This document shows positions 18,581-29,170 of a DNA stretch of 64,000 nucleotides, piece by piece. Position numbers and translations under genes: made by a program. The notes beneath the pieces were generated by a model. The model ran no database searches, was not told where the DNA came from, and was given only the letters and a program-made list of their open reading frames with translations. Origin of the DNA: Minisyncoccota bacterium (GTDB taxonomy: Bacteria > Patescibacteriota > Minisyncoccia > Phycocordibacterales > UBA2100); the NCBI GenBank assembly GCA_043780835.1, contig JAYWCB010000001.1, forward strand, positions 103,738 through 167,737. Reading direction: 5' to 3'. Each line of letters starts with the position of its first letter. Within the stretch, counting starts at the first letter, position 1.

Positions 18581-19597
18581 TTAGCGTTTCGAAATGATCG
18601 CTTTTTTGTACGTGTCTAAATGCTTGAGGGCTTCGCCTGTCCCCTTCACGACACAAAACGGAGCGTCTTTTGCCAAGCGAGCCTTGACCCCCGTGCGGCG
18701 GAAAATGAGCTCGGGCAAATTGCGCAATTGCGAAGATCCTCCGGTCATAGTAATGCCATTGTCGATGATGTCGGCGGCAAGCTCCGGAGGCGTTTCCTGT
18801 AACACATCCTTGATTGCGTTCACCATCGTGCGGAGCTCTTTGCCTATAGCGCGCACGACTTCGTTGGTACCTACTTCGATTGAACGAGGCAATCCGGTGA
18901 GATGATCGCGACCTTTTACGAGCATGGTGAGCTCTTCTTCCACCGGTACCGCAGAGCCGATGTGGATTTTCATTTCTTCAGCCATTTTGTCGCCGATTGC
19001 GAGATTGGAGGATTTTTTGATGTAATCGGCAATTGCACGGTCAATTCGATTGCCGGCGCATTTCACCGACGTCGAGGCCACGATCCCACCGAGCGAAATC
19101 ACCGCCACGTCGGTGGTCCCACCGCCGATATCTACAATCATGTGGCCCCGCGCTTCATAAATGGGAATTCCTGCACCAATTGCGGCCAAAATCGGCTCTT
19201 TCACAACATACGCTTCGCGCGCACCGGCTTTGGTGGCAGCTTCTACCACTGCGCGTCGCTCGGTCGACGTCACACCGGCAGGAACCGAGACCATGACTTC
19301 GGGGCGAAACAAATTCCACTTACTCAAACTGCGACGGATGAAATAGCGCAACATTGCTTCCGTTACACGATAATCCGCTATTACGCCGTCTTTCATCGGG
19401 CGATACGCAATAATTTCGTCCGGGGTACGGCCGATCATCTCTTTCGCCTCGTTGCCGATCGCAAGAATTCTGTTGTCGTGTTGTGATACCGCAACCACGG
19501 ACGGTTCATTCAATACAATGCCTTTGCCCGGAACAAAGACAAGCACAGTCGTTGTGCCGAGATCAATACCGAGTTTTGGAGCGAAAGAGAATCCCAT
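18581..19597 (-). CDS. mreB: second MreB/Mbl paralog
   Basis: GIDLGTTTVL, VDIGGGTTDVA, MTGGSSQL; likely start MGFSFAPK. Confidence 0.92.
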   Translation of the reverse strand: MGFSFAPKLGIDLGTTTVLVFVPGKGIVLNEPSVVAVSQHDNRILAIGNEAKEMIGRTPDEIIAYRPMKDGVIADYRVTEAMLRYFIRRSLSKWNLFRPEVMVSVPAGVTSTERRAVVEAATKAGAREAYVVKEPILAAIGAGIPIYEARGHMIVDIGGGTTDVAVISLGGIVASTSVKCAGNRIDRAIADYIKKSSNLAIGDKMAEEMKIHIGSAVPVEEELTMLVKGRDHLTGLPRSIEVGTNEVVRAIGKELRTMVNAIKDVLQETPPELAADIIDNGITMTGGSSQLRNLPELIFRRTGVKARLAKDAPFCVVKGTGEALKHLDTYKKAIISKR

Positions 19598-19652
19598 TGT
19601 GGGGGCATTGTACCCTACTGCGAGACGGCTCCAAATTATCATTCATGTGCCA

Positions 19653-19925
19653 CTCTCGGCCTATCACACTCAATCCCCTCGCAAGCGCTTTTTGTTCATT
19701 TCATCAAATTTCTTTTTGGACGCGGCTTTTGCTTCGGGTGTGTGATTTTGCGGCTTGATCTCCCACTACCCCTTCGGGGCACAAGTAGCTGTTACTTTAT
19801 TCTTTCTCTCGCTCTCGGCCTATCGCACTCAATCCCCTCGCAAGCGTTTTTTGTTCATTTCATCAAATTTCTTTTTGGACGCGGCTTTTGCTTCGGGTGT
19901 GTGATTTTGCGGCTTGATCTCCCAC
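19653..19925. repeat. 114-bp direct repeat, two copies, period 159 bp
   Basis: 19653-19766 vs 19812-19925, 2 mismatches; duplicates the 3' end of the ORF at 19829-20158. Confidence 0.9.
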
Positions 19926-20158
19926 CAGAATTTTTTACTAAAGTTTGGCGATTCTTCACACACTTTTTTCAGATAATAAAGATCCTTCGTCGGTATCTGT
20001 TGCAAGAGCTTCCCCATGCGACCCATTGCAATCGGTGGGAGGCCGTCGGGAACGCGCGTCTTATTGAGCTCTTGGCAAAAATACCTCATGATCTCTCCTC
20101 GCTCGGTTTCGTTGGTCTTTTTGAGTGCGCGATTGAGTTGTGAGCCGATATGCTTCAT
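19829..20158 (-). CDS. basic hypothetical protein
   Basis: 109 aa ORF divergent from def, ERGEIMRYF...DLYYL...C...NFSKKFWW. Confidence 0.7.
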   Translation of the reverse strand: MKHIGSQLNRALKKTNETERGEIMRYFCQELNKTRVPDGLPPIAMGRMGKLLQQIPTKDLYYLKKVCEESPNFSKKFWWEIKPQNHTPEAKAASKKKFDEMNKKRLRGD

Positions 20159-20242
20159 GCGCCTATTGTACGCGTGTATGGGTTTAAACTGTATTGCCAA
20201 ATGAGGCAAAAAACGTAATAGTGACGTGAATTCACGGCGCTC

Positions 20243-20785
20243 ATGCGACACATACTTCCCGAAAACGAAAATCCGGTTCTTCGACTGATTGCCGCACCGG
20301 TACCAGTCGCCGCAATTGACTCACCCGAGATCAAATCGCTTATCAAAGAAATGCGCACACTGCTATCGAAAGAGGATTACGGCGTTGCGCTCGCAGCCCC
20401 ACAAGTCGGTGAATCTGTACGTATTTTTATAATTTCCGGTCGAGCACTCGCTCGTGCCGCGCAAGACGAGAACGACGATAGCGAGCCCGTCCCCTTGCCT
20501 GACCACATTTATATCAATCCGGAACTCACGAGTGTGTCGCGTAAGAAAATAGAAAAACACGAGGGCTGCCTCTCGGTGCGAGGACACTGGGGCATGGTGC
20601 CTCGATCCGAAAAAGCGACCGTTCGAGCGTATGATGATTCCGGAAAGCGCTTCACGCGAGGTGCATCAGGATTTTTAGCACACATATTCCAACACGAGAT
20701 GGATCACCTCGAAGGTATTCTCTATACTGATAAAGCAACTGAACTCTATGAAGACGAACACAAAAATGAACACACGAACGATTAA
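20243..20785 (+). CDS. def: peptide deformylase
   Basis: GVALAAPQ, EGCLS, QHEMDHLEG. Confidence 0.95.
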   Translation: MRHILPENENPVLRLIAAPVPVAAIDSPEIKSLIKEMRTLLSKEDYGVALAAPQVGESVRIFIISGRALARAAQDENDDSEPVPLPDHIYINPELTSVSRKKIEKHEGCLSVRGHWGMVPRSEKATVRAYDDSGKRFTRGASGFLAHIFQHEMDHLEGILYTDKATELYEDEHKNEHTND

Positions 20786-21641
20786 ATTTGCATACTTTGG
20801 AACCGGCGAAGTGGCACGGTTCGTTCTCGAAGAATTGGTAAGCGCAAAACTGTATCCGTCAGTTGTGGTTACTGCGCCGGACTCTGCAAAAGGCCGGGGT
20901 CTCACGCGCTCCCCTACCGCAGTTGGAATTCTTGCAGAGAATTTAGCAATACCGCTTCTGAAGCCCGGCTCAATTGATGCAGAAACGATCGCAACACTCA
21001 AGAAATCCGACTGGGATCTATTTGTGGTTGCTGATTACGGATCGCTTCTCAGAAATAATGTGCTCGATATACCGCGACGCGGCGTGCTCAACATGCATCC
21101 GTCACTTCTGCCCCGCTTACGCGGGCCCTCACCGATCAGAACAGCAATTCTGACCGATGAAAATCCGACCGGTGTAAGCATCATGCTCCTCGACAAAGAA
21201 ATGGATCATGGACCGATCATTGCGCAACGACGTGTGCCGATTACTCCGTGGCCGCCGCGGGCAACCGTGCTCGAGGAAGTACTCGCCCGTGACGGTGGCC
21301 TCTTGCTCGCCGACATGATCCCCTTGTGGGTACGCAAAGAAATTGAGGCGAGACCTCAAAATCACGACATAGCAACCTATACGCGTAAATTCGAAAAGCG
21401 CGACGGAGAAATTAAATTTCTCGATGATCCGTGGGAAAATCTCTTAAAAATTCGTGCCTACGAAGGGTGGCCAACCGCGTATGCGTTTTTTGAGCGCGAC
21501 GGCAAACAGTTGCGTGTGCAATTACTCGAAGCACATGTCGCCAACGATGTGCTCGTACTTGATACCGTGCGCCCCGAGGGCAAAAACACGATGTCGTACA
21601 CAGAGTTTGTGCGTACCGGTGCAACACCGATCATGGAGTAG
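20766..21641 (+). CDS. fmt: methionyl-tRNA formyltransferase
   Basis: NMHPSLLPRLRGPSP, MDHGPII; coupled to def. Confidence 0.95.
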   Translation: MNTRTIKFAYFGTGEVARFVLEELVSAKLYPSVVVTAPDSAKGRGLTRSPTAVGILAENLAIPLLKPGSIDAETIATLKKSDWDLFVVADYGSLLRNNVLDIPRRGVLNMHPSLLPRLRGPSPIRTAILTDENPTGVSIMLLDKEMDHGPIIAQRRVPITPWPPRATVLEEVLARDGGLLLADMIPLWVRKEIEARPQNHDIATYTRKFEKRDGEIKFLDDPWENLLKIRAYEGWPTAYAFFERDGKQLRVQLLEAHVANDVLVLDTVRPEGKNTMSYTEFVRTGATPIME

Positions 21642-21651
21642 CGAAGACGCG

Positions 21652-22020
21652 CTACCTCCCTGACTTAAGTGTCTTTTTCACTTCTGCGCCTTCCCGTTTT
21701 ATTTTCGTTTCTTTCACGGTTTTTTGTTTGCGAAGCTGACGCAGCGCTTCGTCTTTTGCATTGTCGATTGCCGCATTGATACTGGATTCATTATTGACCG
21801 CCCGAATCGGTTTTCTACGTGGAGCACGGATCATGATTTCGGCGAAATAGAGGTGCTCGCCATGACGCTGCTTCCCTGCCGCGCGGCCGATCTCTACCTC
21901 AACCTGTGATATCGATGCGTCTGAGCCGAGGAGCTTCTCAAGTGCCGCGATACGGATATCGAGATATTTCTTAACGGCACCGGTGAGTTCATAATCCTTG
22001 GTTTTGATTCGAATATTCAT
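21652..22020 (-). CDS. hpf: ribosome hibernation factor HPF/RaiA
   Basis: MNIRIKTKDYELT.A.K.Y...AAID...RQLRK. Confidence 0.85.
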   Translation of the reverse strand: MNIRIKTKDYELTGAVKKYLDIRIAALEKLLGSDASISQVEVEIGRAAGKQRHGEHLYFAEIMIRAPRRKPIRAVNNESSINAAIDNAKDEALRQLRKQKTVKETKIKREGAEVKKTLKSGR

Positions 22021-22111
22021 ATGTTTTATTGTACACGAGATACCCATGGAGAGTATATGAATGACCCGTGCCACAACGGTGGCACGGGTCTCAAAGGACA
22101 TATAGGTCATG

Positions 22112-22576
22112 TCAACCGGAAACTATGTCGCCGACTCTGATGAATCGAGAACCCCGGTAATCGTCGCGGCAGCTTGGCACCAGAAATCCCTCAATACCGA
22201 CGAGGGGAGCCCGTTGCCATCGGCCTTCCAGTTCCCCTTTTCCGTGAATGCGAATATGCGGAACCTCAAAAGCTTCTTCACGGCCCGAAAGCCGTTCGGT
22301 TTCGCGTACTCCGAAGACCGCATGCATTTCTTTTGAACGATCTCCACCGAAGCAGTACACTCCGGGCATTACAAAAAGCGAAATTTCGAGCAACGCACTG
22401 AGCGTCGCATTTCGTTCCCGATTTTTTCTTGCTCTCAAATATTCATCGATGAGTGCACAGCAGCGGTTCATTCTCCCCTGAAGCAGGTCGTGCGCTACAG
22501 CGGGCGTCTCCGAAAGTAGTCGAATTCTGGCCAACGAATCATTCCTTATTTTATTCAGTCCCTCTTGTATATACAA
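22112..22576 (-). CDS. hypothetical protein
   Basis: 154 aa ORF filling the gap, co-oriented with neighbours; no motif recognised. Confidence 0.4.
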   Translation of the reverse strand: MYIQEGLNKIRNDSLARIRLLSETPAVAHDLLQGRMNRCCALIDEYLRARKNRERNATLSALLEISLFVMPGVYCFGGDRSKEMHAVFGVRETERLSGREEAFEVPHIRIHGKGELEGRWQRAPLVGIEGFLVPSCRDDYRGSRFIRVGDIVSG

Positions 22577-22604
22577 AACTCAAACCGTTCTGTCTAACTG
22601 TGGA

Positions 22605-23231
22605 TTACTTTTCGCTGCGTGCGTATCTGCCAATAAGCGTCGAATGTGCGAGTACATGTGCGTTCATTTTCGCTCGCACCGTCTCTATCGAAGCACCTTC
22701 CTCCAATTCGAGCAGGGTATCCAATGCATACACATCAAAATAATATCGGTGTTCGCGTGGTTCATACTGCGGCGGTGAGCATGGTCCCACATACCCCGCT
22801 ATACCATTTCCGGTCGCACCTTGCACTCCGGCAACTTCTCCCACACCAATTTCTGTTTTCGTCGACGGGATGTCAAACAGTACCCAATGGAGAAATACAC
22901 CTGATGCAACGAGACTTTTCGGCACGTCGCGATCTTCGGCAATGACCACAAACGATTTTGTGTCACGGGGTGCACCGGCAAAAGCGAGTGGTGGAGATAT
23001 TTGTTTTTCGTCACACGTAAACTGTGCCGGTATCGATTCATTGTTTCCAAACGCGGGACTGGTAACTGCGAAGCCCGATGCATGAACTGGTGTTGTTTCT
23101 TTCGGGACCGTATTCATATATTGCGTAAAATCTCTTGTGTAATAGACATACAACAAGGCAATCAAAGCAATGCACCAGAGAATGCCAATGAAAATTGCAG
23201 TGCGTCGTATCATATCCGCAGTGTCATGCAT
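22605..23231 (-). CDS. YbhB/YbcL family PEBP-like protein
   Basis: SPPL, EDRD...FLHWVLFDIP, YVGPC.P...HRY.F..YALD; N-terminal TM. Confidence 0.9.
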   Translation of the reverse strand: MHDTADMIRRTAIFIGILWCIALIALLYVYYTRDFTQYMNTVPKETTPVHASGFAVTSPAFGNNESIPAQFTCDEKQISPPLAFAGAPRDTKSFVVIAEDRDVPKSLVASGVFLHWVLFDIPSTKTEIGVGEVAGVQGATGNGIAGYVGPCSPPQYEPREHRYYFDVYALDTLLELEEGASIETVRAKMNAHVLAHSTLIGRYARSEK

Positions 23232-23239
23232 CTATTCTC

Positions 23240-25291
23240 TCATCCAACACGCTCTCGCGAAGTTTCCTGTAGCGAAAAAAGATAGCGTTGAATTTCATCA
23301 ACGGAAACAGGTTTCACTAAATGCTTATCGAAACCCGCCCGCGCTGTCTGCAATCGATCTATTTCCTGACCATATCCCGACAACGCGACAATCTTTACCG
23401 CTGATTGCGCACGAATTCGGCGAGCTGTTTCGTACCCGTCCATTTCAGGCATACCAAGATCAAGCAATACAACGGTCGGAGAGAATGCATTGAGATCCGC
23501 GAGTGCGCGCGCTCCCGAATACGCGACCTGTACGGTGTGACCTTTGGCGCGTAAAAGTTTCTGTAGCGCTCCCGCTGCGGCCTGATTGTCGTCTACGATT
23601 AAAATTCGACAAGGTGCTACGTTTCCACTGAGCACTGTCGCCCGTACGTTTTCAAGCGGCATCTGAAGCGAGAGCGGTAATCGAATCGTAAACGTACTTC
23701 CCAATCCCTTGCCGGCGCTTTCCGCGCGCACCGTACCGCCGTGCAGTTCACATAATCGTTTTGTCAGAAACAGTCCTATACCAAGACCCGCATCACTCCG
23801 GTCCTTCGATTCTATTTGTTTAAATGGTTCAAAGATGCGTTCCAACATACGGGACTCAATCCCCAAACCGTTGTCAGAAATGCGTATTTCCAGCATGTTT
23901 TTGTCCGCTCGCGCATGCAGCGAAACAGCACTGCCGACTGGAGAATATTTGCTTGCATTATTGAGTACGTTGATGATGATTTGTTTGATCCGTACCGGAT
24001 CAGCGAAAAGAATCATACCGTCTACGTCCATTACGGACGTAAACGCTTGAGCACGAGATCGCATCAACGACTCTACATTCGCGACTGATTGCTCAAGAAC
24101 CGTTCGCACATCCACAGTTTCTTTTTGAAGCTTAAATTTCTTTTGTGTAAGCCGAGCCGTATCGAGGAGATCGTCTAATAAACGCTTAATCATTTCAGTA
24201 TGAGATTCCGCTATGCGTATGGTTTCCAGTGCACTCTCAGATTGGGTTTCCAATTTCAATAATTCGAGAGAACTGACGATCGGGGCGAGCGGATTGCGCA
24301 GCTCATGGGCTAATATAGCGATGAATTCATTTTTTGCTTTATCTGCCTCTGTGGTAATTTCATATGCGTGCTCCAGGTCGTGGAACGCAATCCGTCGCTC
24401 CTCTACCACAGACATAAACGGGAAAAAAAGTGCGGCGAGCAATCCGATGTAAATTTCATCTGAAAGCAATTGCGCACTCAGTGCGCCCGTTGAAGGATGC
24501 GCGATAATAGTCCCGGCGATAGCAATGATGGATGTACTGAGGAGTGCAAGCGTAAACCAGCGCACATGGAATCGCAGGGCAAACCATATGTAGATAGCCG
24601 GTAAAAAGAAAATGACTCCGACGCCGAACATTTGCAGATGCAGCGTCCAAAAGAGTAAATAATTGTTCACGAACAACACTGTAAATGCCGCAACGATTTC
24701 GAGCGCTTCACGTTTTGCAATCGTAAAATTCTTCCAGGGGTACCACGATGCAATGAACGAGGTTATAACCAGCACGCTGAACATGCCACCGCCCCATGCG
24801 CGTCCGATATTTTCCGATGGGGAAACAGTTAAGATGTTCGCAATCAGCTGCAGTGCGGTTGAAATTAAGGGAGCAATCAGCGTGACGAAAAGCGCGAGCC
24901 CGATCAAAATGAGCGCGTTGCGCATTTTATCTATATTGAGCGCGAGATTCAGACGACGTGCAATAAACAGCGCTGCAACTGATTGCATCGCATATGCCGC
25001 CCCCGTAATAACGGGTAGCAAAATAGCACCGTCAAGCTGTATGCTGAGCGCGAGAAACTGAGCAAGAAAAATAGGGACCGTCATTCGATACCCGCCGAAA
25101 AGTACCGCGGCGAGGGCAATTCCGACCGGCGGCCAAATAAGCGCCGGAGATGTGTGAAAGTGAAAATATACGTACAGCGAAATCCTGGCGGTAACAAAGT
25201 ACACGAGAAACACGAGCGCAGCGGAGGACAAATCGCGGAGCGACATGGTGGCCGAAAAGGTCTTCGGTCCTTTCATTGCCGAAATGTACAT
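23240..25291 (-). CDS. MASE1-domain hybrid sensor histidine kinase/receiver
   Basis: IWPPVG MASE1 motif, AHELRNPL, NNASKYS, GLGIGL, C-terminal REC (IVDDN, LLDLGMP, KP). Confidence 0.92.
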   Translation of the reverse strand: MYISAMKGPKTFSATMSLRDLSSAALVFLVYFVTARISLYVYFHFHTSPALIWPPVGIALAAVLFGGYRMTVPIFLAQFLALSIQLDGAILLPVITGAAYAMQSVAALFIARRLNLALNIDKMRNALILIGLALFVTLIAPLISTALQLIANILTVSPSENIGRAWGGGMFSVLVITSFIASWYPWKNFTIAKREALEIVAAFTVLFVNNYLLFWTLHLQMFGVGVIFFLPAIYIWFALRFHVRWFTLALLSTSIIAIAGTIIAHPSTGALSAQLLSDEIYIGLLAALFFPFMSVVEERRIAFHDLEHAYEITTEADKAKNEFIAILAHELRNPLAPIVSSLELLKLETQSESALETIRIAESHTEMIKRLLDDLLDTARLTQKKFKLQKETVDVRTVLEQSVANVESLMRSRAQAFTSVMDVDGMILFADPVRIKQIIINVLNNASKYSPVGSAVSLHARADKNMLEIRISDNGLGIESRMLERIFEPFKQIESKDRSDAGLGIGLFLTKRLCELHGGTVRAESAGKGLGSTFTIRLPLSLQMPLENVRATVLSGNVAPCRILIVDDNQAAAGALQKLLRAKGHTVQVAYSGARALADLNAFSPTVVLLDLGMPEMDGYETARRIRAQSAVKIVALSGYGQEIDRLQTARAGFDKHLVKPVSVDEIQRYLFSLQETSRERVG

Positions 25292-25331
25292 TTCCTATCA
25301 CAGACGTCAACTCGTGGAAAACCGATTGTTT

Positions 25332-26144
25332 CTAGACAAAAAATATGCGTTGAATAGTCCATACGAGCGCGATCGCGGCAATGATAAGCGCGACGATTTT
25401 AACAAAAACATGAAACCAGGACTTTTTGCGAACAGCGAAGAGTATCGGTAGTGCAACCGCGAGAATCATAATTTGGCCGATTTCAATTCCAATATTAAAT
25501 GAGAACAATGAAGCCAAGAATCTGTCATCGGGTATCGCAATATCTCGCAAGAGTCCCGCAAAACCGAGTCCGTGAAATAACCCAAAAAAGAATACTATCG
25601 CAATCTTTCCCCAACCGGTTTTAAAAATCGGGAGTTCACCGTAAAAGATCGGAAGAATCGCCATGACGGCAATAGATACCGCAATCATCGGTTCGACGAC
25701 CCTACCCGGCAACAACAAAAAACCTGTTCCAGCGAGTATCAAGGTCGTCGTATGTGCAGTCGTAAAGGTGGTGACGAGTTTGAGAATTTCGGCAATCGAA
25801 ACGAACGCGAGTGCAAGTGTCAGTACAAATAGAACATGGTCCGGTCCTGACAAAATGTGCCGAATGCCAAGTTTTATAAAATCCCATGCATTATCAAAAA
25901 AACTCGTCTGTGACTGACCTCGAACGATTCTCACAATTTGTTCCGTTGAACTATTTGTAAATTTAGCTGCAACATCCGGCGACTGTGACAACGCAAACGC
26001 TCTCAGCTCTTCCGGCGTGGCATTCGGATGTGTCTTGAGGTATTGCACGACCACTTTCGGCAATAGCTCGTGTGCCGATGCGGTATGCGCTCCACCAAAG
26101 AGAAGGGCAATCGCAACAACTGATGCATAGGAAAATCGCCGCAT
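25332..26144 (-). CDS. HupE/UreJ family protein
   Basis: Signal peptide ending ASAH, GIRHILSGPDHVLF, FTTAHT, FGLFHGLGFA, FNIGIEIGQ. Confidence 0.9.
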   Translation of the reverse strand: MRRFSYASVVAIALLFGGAHTASAHELLPKVVVQYLKTHPNATPEELRAFALSQSPDVAAKFTNSSTEQIVRIVRGQSQTSFFDNAWDFIKLGIRHILSGPDHVLFVLTLALAFVSIAEILKLVTTFTTAHTTTLILAGTGFLLLPGRVVEPMIAVSIAVMAILPIFYGELPIFKTGWGKIAIVFFFGLFHGLGFAGLLRDIAIPDDRFLASLFSFNIGIEIGQIMILAVALPILFAVRKKSWFHVFVKIVALIIAAIALVWTIQRIFFV

Positions 26145-26147
26145 ACG

Positions 26148-27407
26148 TTATCGCTCTTTAAGAGCTGCGGAATAATTCGGAAACGTAAACTGATCAATAC
26201 TTTTTGCTTTCGTGAAGAGCTCACGAGCACGTACTGTCTCGCCAAGCGTTTCGTATATAGAAGCCGCATGGAACAAGATAGTCGTATCTGTTTCGCCGAG
26301 TCTCAGTGATTCGCCTACATATTTTAAAGCCTCGTGTGCACGACCATTTTTAAAGAGCGCCCACGCGAGTACATCTGCTCCATATATTGACGGCCGCCCC
26401 GCATACGCAGACTGCGCACGAGCAAGCGCAACTTTTGGATCGCCGTGATCTGCAAGGAACAGCGCGTATTCAAGATCGACGTTGACCCCTTTGGCATCTT
26501 TGAATGCAATGTCCGCGAGCGCAGCTTGTTGATCGGCTTTTTCTTTTTCACCACGTGCCACATAAAAATTGGCGAGTGATTGGGCAAATTGCGCCGTCGG
26601 GAATGCCACAAACGCGTCTCGGTAAAATTTCTCCGCCGCCACCATGTTGCCGTCTGCATAGGACAGACGTCCGAGCGACTCCAATGCGGGCGCATATGCC
26701 GGTTGAATCGCGAGCGCATGTTCAAAATCTAGTTTTGCCTTTACCCTATCGGTTCTGATGCGTAGCTTTCCGGTTTCCGTATATGCCCACGCCATATTTT
26801 CTACATTGGAACTGCCCGCAGAAATTGCGTCTGCGAGCGCGCTGAGCGCACCATCAAAGTCGCCATGCAGTTCCCGTTGATACGCGACGCGTGCGTACGC
26901 ACTGAATGCGGGTTTTAGATTCAGCATTTTTTGCAGTGATTGCTCCGCTGCATCGTATTGCCCTAACTCAATCTCGGAATCGCTCTCAATACCGTACATG
27001 TACGCGGTTTGTGGGCTGCGCGTTATGGCTTTATGAATTTCAACGAGGCCGTCTTTAAATTGATGTCGCCCATTTGCAACGGCGGCACGCTTGGCGACAA
27101 TGTCGGCGTTATCCGGTGATTTCGCCGCCGCAACATTCAGCACGTCCTCTATTTTCTTATAGAGTGTTGCGTCTCCTGTTTCGCGGATTTTCTGCAAATA
27201 CGCATCGGAAAGTGCGACTGCTAATTGCGGCTTGTCGGGCGTTGCGGCTACACTCTTTTCAAGAGTCGCGATTACGCGATCGGTTTGCGTCGCGTTCGCT
27301 TGTACGAGCGACCTTACGCTCCGAAATTGAATCCATAAAAAAGAAAGACTCGCCACAAGCGCGAACAGTGCGACAATGACGAAGATAATTGTGCTTTTGT
27401 TTTTCAT
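26148..27407 (-). CDS. membrane-anchored TPR protein
   Basis: N-terminal TM, YLQKIRETGD, multiple Ala-rich TPRs, ADVLAWAL. Confidence 0.85.
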   Translation of the reverse strand: MKNKSTIIFVIVALFALVASLSFLWIQFRSVRSLVQANATQTDRVIATLEKSVAATPDKPQLAVALSDAYLQKIRETGDATLYKKIEDVLNVAAAKSPDNADIVAKRAAVANGRHQFKDGLVEIHKAITRSPQTAYMYGIESDSEIELGQYDAAEQSLQKMLNLKPAFSAYARVAYQRELHGDFDGALSALADAISAGSSNVENMAWAYTETGKLRIRTDRVKAKLDFEHALAIQPAYAPALESLGRLSYADGNMVAAEKFYRDAFVAFPTAQFAQSLANFYVARGEKEKADQQAALADIAFKDAKGVNVDLEYALFLADHGDPKVALARAQSAYAGRPSIYGADVLAWALFKNGRAHEALKYVGESLRLGETDTTILFHAASIYETLGETVRARELFTKAKSIDQFTFPNYSAALKER

Positions 27408-27470
27408 GGATACTGCGGCGTTTGAGGCAGAGCCCCGGGTGGAGACACCCGGGGCTCATACGAAGTTCGA

Positions 27471-28937
27471 TTAATTTGCGTGCGGTCGAGAATCAAACCC
27501 TCCCCATGGCAGCGCCAGGTACGGGAATGATGTTCGGAAGGACGCGTCATTTGCGTCAACTCCATCGCCCAATTGTGCAGCAAGAGGGTCCGGGGTGAAG
27601 CTTGGATGGAACAGCGGATACGCTGCACCTGCTACGGCCTTGATTTCGATGTCTGTTACATCGTCGGCAAGGCGTCGTCCGTTCGGGAAACCTTGATTGT
27701 CTCCCGCGACAACTCCAAGACGGTTTGGAGATGCAGTTGGAGCAATCGCGAGATTCAGACGAAGCTCTTCTGAAGGCTTCACGTTTTCAGGTTTTGTGAG
27801 CCCTGGAATACCTGTCAAGAAGACTGCAATCAAGTCATCGCGCTGCGATGTGCTACCGAATGCACCCTGCGGAGGTACCGCGATGCCATAGAGCCCGTGA
27901 AGCAATGTGCCAAGTTCTGGATTTGCGACATACTCCGCAAACTGTGCATCGTCAGACGGCTTTGAAGCATTCCACACATCTTTATCTTTCAACGGAATAA
28001 CGACTTCGTTTACAAGCGGTGCTCCAAGTCGTGAGACTTGTACCCAGTTGCCACGATGATCTGCCCCGACGTTTGCTCGTCCGTTTCCATCGCGCAGAAC
28101 GCGCGTTGACTGACGAGAAGAGGTTGTCCAGACGCCGATGACCGCGTTTGAACTTGTGGCAATCGTCGGCATAGTGCCGTTGTTTGTCAGGTCTTTAATT
28201 GGCACTTGAAGCGCAATTGATTGCACATTGTACCCCTTCAGACCGTCCACTCCTCCACCTGCGTTTCCTGGCAGATTGCGAATGGTAAGGAGATCGAAGA
28301 GTCCTCCGAGCTCAACGAAGAATGGGTCATCACTTTGTCCGGCAAACACCTTTCCGCCGCCGCTGAGCGGCTGTACTGCAGCTGCCTGTAGCGATGCATA
28401 ATTCGGCGTCGATTTCGGTCCGACATTTGTCGGCGGCGTCGGCACGTCTTGTGCGATGACCGTTTCTACATCACGCCCATGATTTTTTCCGTACACCACT
28501 TTCGTTACAGTATACGTTTGTCGGATGTTGAAATCCGGATCGGTGAGCGATGTGATCGGACCTGTGTTGTACAGGAACGTGTTTGGATTTTGGACGTTTG
28601 TCTTGAAGCGAAATTGATACGAGATGTCCGGCATCGCGTCGCCGTTGTTATCGACCTTTATTTCGTAGAGCACATTATCGTCGAACTGATAAAAATTTGG
28701 TCCGCCTGCCGGTTCTTCGAACGGAAGATAATTCGCGATGAGTGTCGCGGTGCTCGAAGAATCTGGACTGACGAACGCGAACAGGTCTGTTGCGTCAGCC
28801 TTTGGGTCTCCGCTGATGAGTGGAGCCTCGCGGTGACTCGATGCCTGGCTTATCTGCACCGTTGCGAATGCTCCCACGAGAGCAATCGCAATGATTGCTG
28901 CCACGCTGAGCGGTCGAGTAATACGATTTGTATTCAT
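27471..28937 (-). CDS. DUF4331 domain secreted protein
   Basis: ASSHREAP...D.TDLFAF, FAGQSDDPFF, QVSRLG.P.VNE, FPNGRRL.DDV.D. Confidence 0.9.
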   Translation of the reverse strand: MNTNRITRPLSVAAIIAIALVGAFATVQISQASSHREAPLISGDPKADATDLFAFVSPDSSSTATLIANYLPFEEPAGGPNFYQFDDNVLYEIKVDNNGDAMPDISYQFRFKTNVQNPNTFLYNTGPITSLTDPDFNIRQTYTVTKVVYGKNHGRDVETVIAQDVPTPPTNVGPKSTPNYASLQAAAVQPLSGGGKVFAGQSDDPFFVELGGLFDLLTIRNLPGNAGGGVDGLKGYNVQSIALQVPIKDLTNNGTMPTIATSSNAVIGVWTTSSRQSTRVLRDGNGRANVGADHRGNWVQVSRLGAPLVNEVVIPLKDKDVWNASKPSDDAQFAEYVANPELGTLLHGLYGIAVPPQGAFGSTSQRDDLIAVFLTGIPGLTKPENVKPSEELRLNLAIAPTASPNRLGVVAGDNQGFPNGRRLADDVTDIEIKAVAGAAYPLFHPSFTPDPLAAQLGDGVDANDASFRTSFPYLALPWGGFDSRPHAN

Positions 28938-29170
28938 ACTGTGTTCGTTATGAGTAATACGAGTAATGAATGAGATGAATGTGGAGAAATCACATTTGAC
29001 CCATGTAAAGGAGACTATACATTGCGGCCTGAAGGCAAGATGAAGAATTCCACACTCTCACGCTATACGATGCAACTTCATTTTTGTACAGCTATATTTC
29101 TTGCACTCTTTTTCAATATCTTGAACATGAAAATTAAGCTCGACGAATGTGGCAGCCAACGTTTCTCGTA

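Noticed and set aside
19653-19925. DGR template/variable repeat pair
   Set aside because: Only 2 mismatches, not both at adenines of one copy on one strand, and no reverse transcriptase in the window
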